Assembly: GCA_964016885.1 (NCBI GenBank)
Contig: OZ024742.1
Location: 227,416,001-227,480,000 of the forward strand
Direction of reading: 5' to 3'
DNA: 64,000 nt
Origin: Eledone cirrhosa
Taxonomy: Eukaryota
Part shown: piece after piece, positions 57,600-64,000 of the stretch
How positions within the stretch are numbered: position 1 is the first letter of the stretch
How the letters are laid out: every line of letters begins with the position of its first letter
Position numbers and translations under genes: made by a program
Notes under the pieces: generated by a model
The model's input: the letters and a program-made list of their open reading frames with translations, nothing else
Database searches by the model: none
Told to the model about the DNA's origin: nothing

Positions 57600-58847
57600 C
57601 AATAATTGTTTCTACTTTTGGCACAAGGCCAGCAATTAACCAGCACATTACTGGTACTTTATTTTATCGACCCCATAAGGATGAAAGGCAAAGTTAACCT
57701 CGGCTGGATTTGAACTCAGAATGGCAAGGGCCGTAACTCTATGCGTCAAATATGGCGTCCGACCCTCTACCGATACAGTATTTATTTTTAAATAAATCAT
57801 TATTGAACGCATGTTTAGAAAAAGGCGAGTGGAATTTGAAAATTTGTGTCGTCATAACTTTCTTAATAATGTATTTGTTTTAATGAAATATTTGGGAAAA
57901 TAATAATAATTTAAAATTTAGAAGATTTCGCCGTAACTTTGACTAAATAAAATAGTTTAATAATAATAACTGGTATGGGTTCGACTCCCGTGTGTGCTGA
58001 TGCCCATCTTTTCTCATCCAGTAGGTTTATATGCCCCGTTATTATTATTAGGGCGGGGAATTGGCAGTATTGGTAGAGCCTCGGACAACATGCTTTGCAG
58101 CAGAGAGTTACGGCCCTTTACGGTCTGAGTTCAAATCCCGCCGAGGTTAACTTTGCCTTTCATCCTTACGGGGTCGATAAAATAAAGTACCAGTCCGGCA
58201 CAGGAGTCGATTTAATCGACTTTCCCCTCCCCAAAAATGTCTGGCCTTGTGCCTATATAAGAAACCATTATTATTATTATTAGGGCGGTGGATTGGCAGT
58301 ATCGGTAGAGGGTCGGACGCTATGCTTTGACGCATAGAGTTACGGCCCTTGCCATTCTGAGTTCAAATCCCAGTAATGCACGGGGTAATTGCTGGCCTTG
58401 TGCCAAAGTAGAAATAATTATTAGGGCGGGGATTGGTAGTATCGGTAGAGCGCCGGACAACATGCTTTGCAGCATAGAGTTACGGCCCTTTACGGTCTGA
58501 GTTCAAATCCCGCCGAGGTTAGCTTTGCCTTTCACCCTTACGGGGTCGATAAAATAAGGCACCAGTAACGTACTGGAGCCGATTCAATCGATTTTTCCCT
58601 TCCCCCCAAATTGCTAGCCTTGTGCCTATATAAGAAACCATTAATATTAGACTGGGCGGTGGATTGGCAGTATCGGTAGAGGGTCGGACGCTATGCTTTG
58701 AAGCATAGAACTACGGCCCTTGTCATTCTGAGTTCGAATCCCGCCGAGGTTAACTTTGCCTTTCATCCTTACGGGATCGATGAAATAAAGTACCAGTAAT
58801 GCACTGGAAAAACTGCTGGCCTTGTGCCAAAAGTAGAAACAATTATT
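57600..58847. mobile_element. Cluster of tRNA-derived SINEs (MetaSINE-like): one minus copy (57600-57777) and four tandem plus copies (58050-58847)
   Basis: A-box-like tggcagtatcggtaga, B-box gagttcaaatcc, central gcctttcatccttacggggtcgataaaat and (ATT)n tails. Confidence 0.88.
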
Positions 58848-58960
58848 TGACTGTTTTATTTAATCAAAGTTACTGCGAAATCTTCTAATTCGATTTATAT
58901 TATTATTTTCTCAGCAACATTTCATTAAAATATATGCATTAATTAAGAAATTTATGATGA
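57850..58960. mobile_element. AT-rich fold-back/MITE arms enclosing the SINE array
   Basis: 57850-57962 (cataactttcttaataatg...ttagaagatttcgccgtaactttgactaaataaaa) is the reverse complement of 58845-58960. Confidence 0.7.
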
Positions 58961-61142
58961 AACAAATTTGGATGGCACTAAACTATAGTTATGACCAGCG
59001 ATTGTGGTGAATTGGTAGAATTGTTAGAGAGACGAACAAAGTGTCTAACGGTATTTGTTCCTGACACTATACAAAGCATTTCTCCAATTCCTTCGCCGCC
59101 AGAACTACAGCTCTCTGCAATTTCTTCCGCGCCCACGCCTTTCCTTTAAAAAAAAACATTGACCTATAAATATTTCAGCTAAATATTGGTTTCTGATTTA
59201 AGCGCAATGCTGGAAAGATTAGGGCGAAGAGCAAAGTTGATTAAATCAACCCCAGTATTTGACTGACACTTTCTTTATCGACCCCGAAAGGATAAAGGTA
59301 AAGTTGACCTCTGAGGGATTTGAACTCAGAATGTAAAGAGCCAAATCAAATACCGCAATGGCATTTTATCCGCCATTCGACCAAATCAGCCAAACTAGCA
59401 CCTTTAGTCATAAATAAATATGAACCACACCAATCACATCACTCTAGATGGGGAAAAATGTTTTAATGATTTAATCAATGAAGGCACATAGCCCAATGGT
59501 TAGGGTGTTGCGCTCGTATTTGTAAGGTTGTGGTTTCGATTTCTGGTCCGGGCGATGCATTGTGACCCTAACCAAAACACTTCATTTTCACGTTGCTCCA
59601 GTACAGCGGTCGCCAACCTTTCGGACTACTAATATGAATTTTTTTTGGAAAAGATAACTACATTAACATTTTTCTGCGGACTACCAACATTCTCTCTCGG
59701 ACAACCCGTTGCAGCAATAGCAGCTATAGGCCTATCTTGCGATTGACTGGTGTCCCGTTCGTGGTGGGATCTATCAGAGGCGGTGGAAGCATTTCTGAAT
59801 TGTAGGTTGGGGTGGGGGTGGGGGTGGGGGGTAAATTTAGTTGTAGTGATTAGTTTAGCTGTTATTATCAAATGTCAACCAGGATATAAACAACTTCGAT
59901 GTACATAAATTGTAGCGTATATACAAATGTGTGTTTCGGTAGTTTGAGGAGAAAAATATAATTATTGGAGGGTGCCCCCCCCCCCCCCCCCCACCACCAC
60001 CACCACCACCACCACCACCACCACCGACAGTTCCACCAACCCTGCTTATACGGTCAATCACCTAACGCCAATGAATCCGGCACAAGCTTCGGCCTGGTGA
60101 GCCTCTGGTCTCCAAACTGACTTTAACATTCAACTTTTAATCAGAAGAGAACAGGCAACATTGAGGATTATCTACACTGCATCTGAGACTGGGGGGGGGG
60201 GGGGAGTAAGACGGGAGGCAAAGTGGAGTTAGGGAAGGGAGGGAGGGAGGAAGGTAAGAAGGAAGGAAGGATGGGTGGAAGGAAGGAAGGTAAGAAAGAA
60301 AGAGAGGAAGGAAGGAGGATAAGCAGTAAAGAAGGGTGGAAGGATGGAAGGAAGGAAGAGAGGAAAGTAAGAAGGAAGGAGGGAAGGAAGGGGGGAATGA
60401 AGGTAAGAAGGAAGGAAGAAAGAAAGGAAGATAAGAAAGTATAAATAAAGGAAAGGAGGAAGAGTAAAAAAGAAGAAAGGAAGGAAGTGAGAGTGGAAAG
60501 AAGGAAGGAAATGAGGGTGGAAGGAAGGAAAACAGGAAGGAAGAAAGGAAGGAAATGAGGGTGGAAGGAAGGAAAACAGGAAGGAAGTGAGGGTGGAAAG
60601 AAGGAAGGAAGAAAGGAAGGAGAAAGGAAGGGGAAAGGGCAGAATCAAGGAAGAAAGGAAAGATGGTAAGAAAGGAAAAGGAAGAGCAGAAGAAAGGCAG
60701 GGTGGAAAAAAGGAAAGAAGGGTGGAAAAAAGGAAGGAAGGAAGGAAAGAAGGTGGAAAAAAGGAAGGATCTAAATATATAAAACACTGAGGACTTTCGT
60801 GGTGAGTTGTTAGGGTTAAACTTGATCAGGACAGATTAAGTTTGCTATCCCACAAGGGGCTCATAGACCCTACAACTCCAGTGGGACTAGATTAAATTAC
60901 TAACACCCTTCAGATAGTCGTCCCCTTTCTCTCTTTCTCTCTCTCTCTCGCTCTCTCTCTCTCTCTCAATCTCTCCTTCGCTCTCTCTCTCAATCTCTCT
61001 GCCTTCCTCTCCCACCTCTCTCAATCTCTCTCCCTCTCTTTCTCAATCTCTCTCCCTCTCCCAATTTCTCTCTCTCCCTCTCTCAACCTCTCTCTCCCTC
61101 TCTCAACCTCTCTCTCCCTCTCTCGATCTCCTCTCTCTCTCT

Positions 61143-61188
<46 letters not shown>

Positions 61189-61924
61189 CTCTCTCCCTCC
61201 CTCATAAATGTAAATATTCTGTCTACTTAAAAGAAAAAACATTAAGACTCACATTTTAGCAGGGAGACAATTTTATGTTAAAATATAAATTTCTGCCAAA
61301 ATTTCTCCAGTTTCTTACATTTCTTCATTCCTTTTCAGTTTTTCTTTCTATTTATTTTCTTTTTTCTGTCTATTCTTTCCGTTTTCTTTCTACAAGTTAT
61401 CAAGTACGACATCGCAGACATATTTGTAAGGAAAATGCTTGGTTCCGGATAATTATGAGAAAGTTTTAAATTTCACACATTATAATTTTCATAGCATCTC
61501 ACAAGTTCCACATTTTTTTATTTTTTTAGTGCGTCTTCAATTACTGTGAACCAAAGTTTCTGGTAGTTTCCACAAGAACCGGTTCCATTCAACCACTTCC
61601 TGCCAATTTCTAAAGAACATCTGTAAAAGCTTACGTAACAATTTGTCTCTGGTTTAGTTTTCTTAGAATTTTTCTCTGTCTTCGAATCTAGTTTCTCGCT
61701 AAAAGGAGAATAACTCTACTGTAACACGCTTTGCTCTTTTTTTTTAAGCCGCCAGAACGCTGATAAACTATAAAAAAGGTGGGTAAATTACCACCGGAAA
61801 CAGAAAAGAGTGGACAGAATCGTCTGCGTAAATCGAACCACGTAGTTGTCATATACCGATGATTGCGTTTAACCATTTTGTGATTCGATCCTGCAATGTC
61901 CAAATTTTCTATCTCCAAGGGTGA

Positions 61925-62592
61925 TTTACTCGATATAGGCAGGGTAGTGCTCTTAGACGAAACCGTTTTGTTCGCACTCATCCGGTACCCGCGTATTGCT
62001 GACTTATGGAGTTATGTAGAACGGCTGTTGTCGCGTGTGGGACGGATCCGGCTATCGACCGAGTCCATAGTGAAGATCGCCCCACCACTTTTGGCCGGGA
62101 AGGGCAGGCAGCTTTTCTCTGTCTGATAGCTGTAGCGAAAAAGGTTGTGTGGTGGACACATCTGAAAGGTCTGAAGACAGACACTTTCCTCTTCAGTCAA
62201 GCTCTCGTCAACTTTTTCAAGTTCCACTTGGAAAGGAAGGTGAGAGTGAAGAGGGAAATGCTGCCACCCCGGATAATTTTTAAAAGGTGGTTGATTGATG
62301 AAAGATGGCTCGTGTGAATGGGCCCACTCTGAGCATGCACCTGTAGGCTGGACAGATGGAGGGAGAGAGGGGTGCCCTTCTAGGGTGCTCTTAGCGATGA
62401 GGGTAGGTTGTGATTTGTGGGATTCCTAACGTCAACCCTGGGTGGTATCCCACCCCCATTGGGGTATTCTGTTGTTGATATTTTTTTGTTAATTTTTTTA
62501 ATATTGCATGTAAACCCCCACCGTCCCCGTCTTTGTAGTGTCCTCAATGTTCGGCCCTTGTGGCCAATAATAAAGAAATCATTATCATTATT
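61925..62592 (+). mobile_element. Tx1/L1-clade LINE 3' end
   Basis: ETVLFALIRYP..DLWSYVERLL.. and FLCLIAVAKKVVWWT...FKRW, followed by a 3' UTR ending gtggccaataataaagaaatcattat. Confidence 0.75.
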
Positions 62593-63421
62593 ACTGTGTC
62601 TCCCAATTATCTCTTATTTATCTTTTGTCTTCTGTCTTCCTTTTCTATTTTTCTTCTTCTTCTTCTTCTTCTTCTTCTTCTTCTTCTTCTTCTTCTTCTT
62701 TTTCTTCTTCTTCTTCTTCTTCTTCTTCTTCTTCTTCTTCTTCTTCTTCTTCTTCTTCTTCTTCTTCTTCTTCTTCTTCTTCTTCTTCTTCTATATCCAC
62801 ACATTCCTTTCTTCATTGACTAACATGCAATCATCACCATTACCAACAGCACTCCCAAACAGCTCTACCTCCTCGCGCTCTCTCACTCTTTAGCGCTCTC
62901 TCACTCTCTCGTGCACTTTCACTCTCTCTCGCTCTTTATCCATTCTCCACCATCACCGTCACTATCTCTCTTCCGCTTCTCTCTATCCATTATCCATCAC
63001 CTACCACCACCACCAACACTCGACCTCGTTCTCTCTCTCTTTATCCTATCTATTAATTATTTAATGTTAAAGTTATTTTTATGTAAAACCCCCGCCATCA
63101 CGTCGTGTAATGTCCCATTTTTGCACGCCCCTGTGGCAAATAAAGTAAAATATCTATCTATTAATTCTCTACACTCCTGCCACCACCATCTCCTCCTGTC
63201 CCTGTCTCATCATTCTCTCCTCTCTCTACCACGAACCATTCCATAAATAGCCCCACTTCTATGTCTTAAAGCACCGGGGTTTTTCTGATCTTTTTCGTCA
63301 TATTTAAAGACAATCATCGGAATTTATACAATTTCACTCCTCCTCCACACCTGCCCCATCTTTTTCTCAGTATCATGTTATCCCTCCTCTCCTCTCTCTC
63401 TCTTTCTCTCTCTCGCTCTCG

Positions 63422-63469
<48 letters not shown>

Positions 63470-63519
63470 ATCTCTCTATCTATCTATCTATCTATCAATC
63501 GACTAACTTTTTAAATTCC

Positions 63520-63725
63520 ATTTGTGATAACATTTTACACGTTTTTATTGTATGTAAACTTCCCCCTTTGTATTTGTCCCCTTCTTTTGTGCCCCTGTGG
63601 CTAATAAAGAAATCTATCTATCTATCAATCTATCTAACTATCTACCTACCAACGTATCCATTTATCCATCATCATATATCTACCTATATATATATATATA
63701 TATAGGCATATATATATATATAGGC

Positions 63726-63776
<51 letters not shown>

Positions 63777-63935
63777 TATATCAATCTAGCCATCTACTCT
63801 TCTATCTGTCTATCTATCTATCTTAATTTTATATTTGTTATTTGTTTTCTTTACTCGCCTTTTTGTGTAAACTCCCCCCTTGTATTTGTCCCCTTCTTTT
63901 GCGCCCTAGTGGCAATAAATAGAAATCTATCTATC
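63520..63935 (+). mobile_element. Two short LINE 3' tails joined to (TATC)n; similar minus tails at 25645-25790
   Basis: cccctttgtatttgtccccttctttt..gcccctgtggctaataaagaaatctatctat occurs twice. Confidence 0.65.
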
Positions 63936-64000
63936 ATATACAGTATATATATATATATATAACGAAGGAAGTGTGGTATGGAACCAGATGGACCATAACA

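Noticed and set aside
58050-58847. tRNA gene cluster
   Set aside because: The A/B boxes belong to SINE heads. No cloverleaf closes, and each continues into SINE body and tail.
61545-61620. Possible minus-strand exon starting MFFRNWQEVVEW; also a similar acceptor-like site near 32700
   Set aside because: Short, with no recognisable homology and no consistent gene model.

Overview
AT-rich, microsatellite-saturated animal DNA with no host protein-coding gene that I can support. The repeat families look like octopus/cephalopod (inference from repeat style only). Nearly all ORFs in the supplied track are translations of (TA)n/(CA)n/(GA)n/triplet repeats. Real coding remnants are all transposon-derived: a Tc1 transposase (1-675, minus), Penelope-like (PLE) GIY-YIG and RT-GIY-YIG remnants (6082-6324, 53496-55090), a Helitron helicase fragment, a CRE-type non-LTR retrotransposon, and RTE, CR1/L2 and Tx1/L1 fragments. 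There are also many tRNA-derived SINEs, a hAT MITE with an 8-bp TSD and several minisatellites, some with higher-order structure. The most notable layer is non-coding. About a dozen hand-folded minimal type I hammerhead ribozyme motifs (CUGANGA...GAAA...UH; some complete, some decayed), from several unrelated short families, mostly sit in (TA)n tracts. Many of these elements form long fold-back palindromes (arms 44-600 bp) that turn or end at or near the ribozyme. One locus (39480-40705) has a ~430-bp retrozyme-like repeat unit. All structures were folded by eye and element boundaries are approximate.
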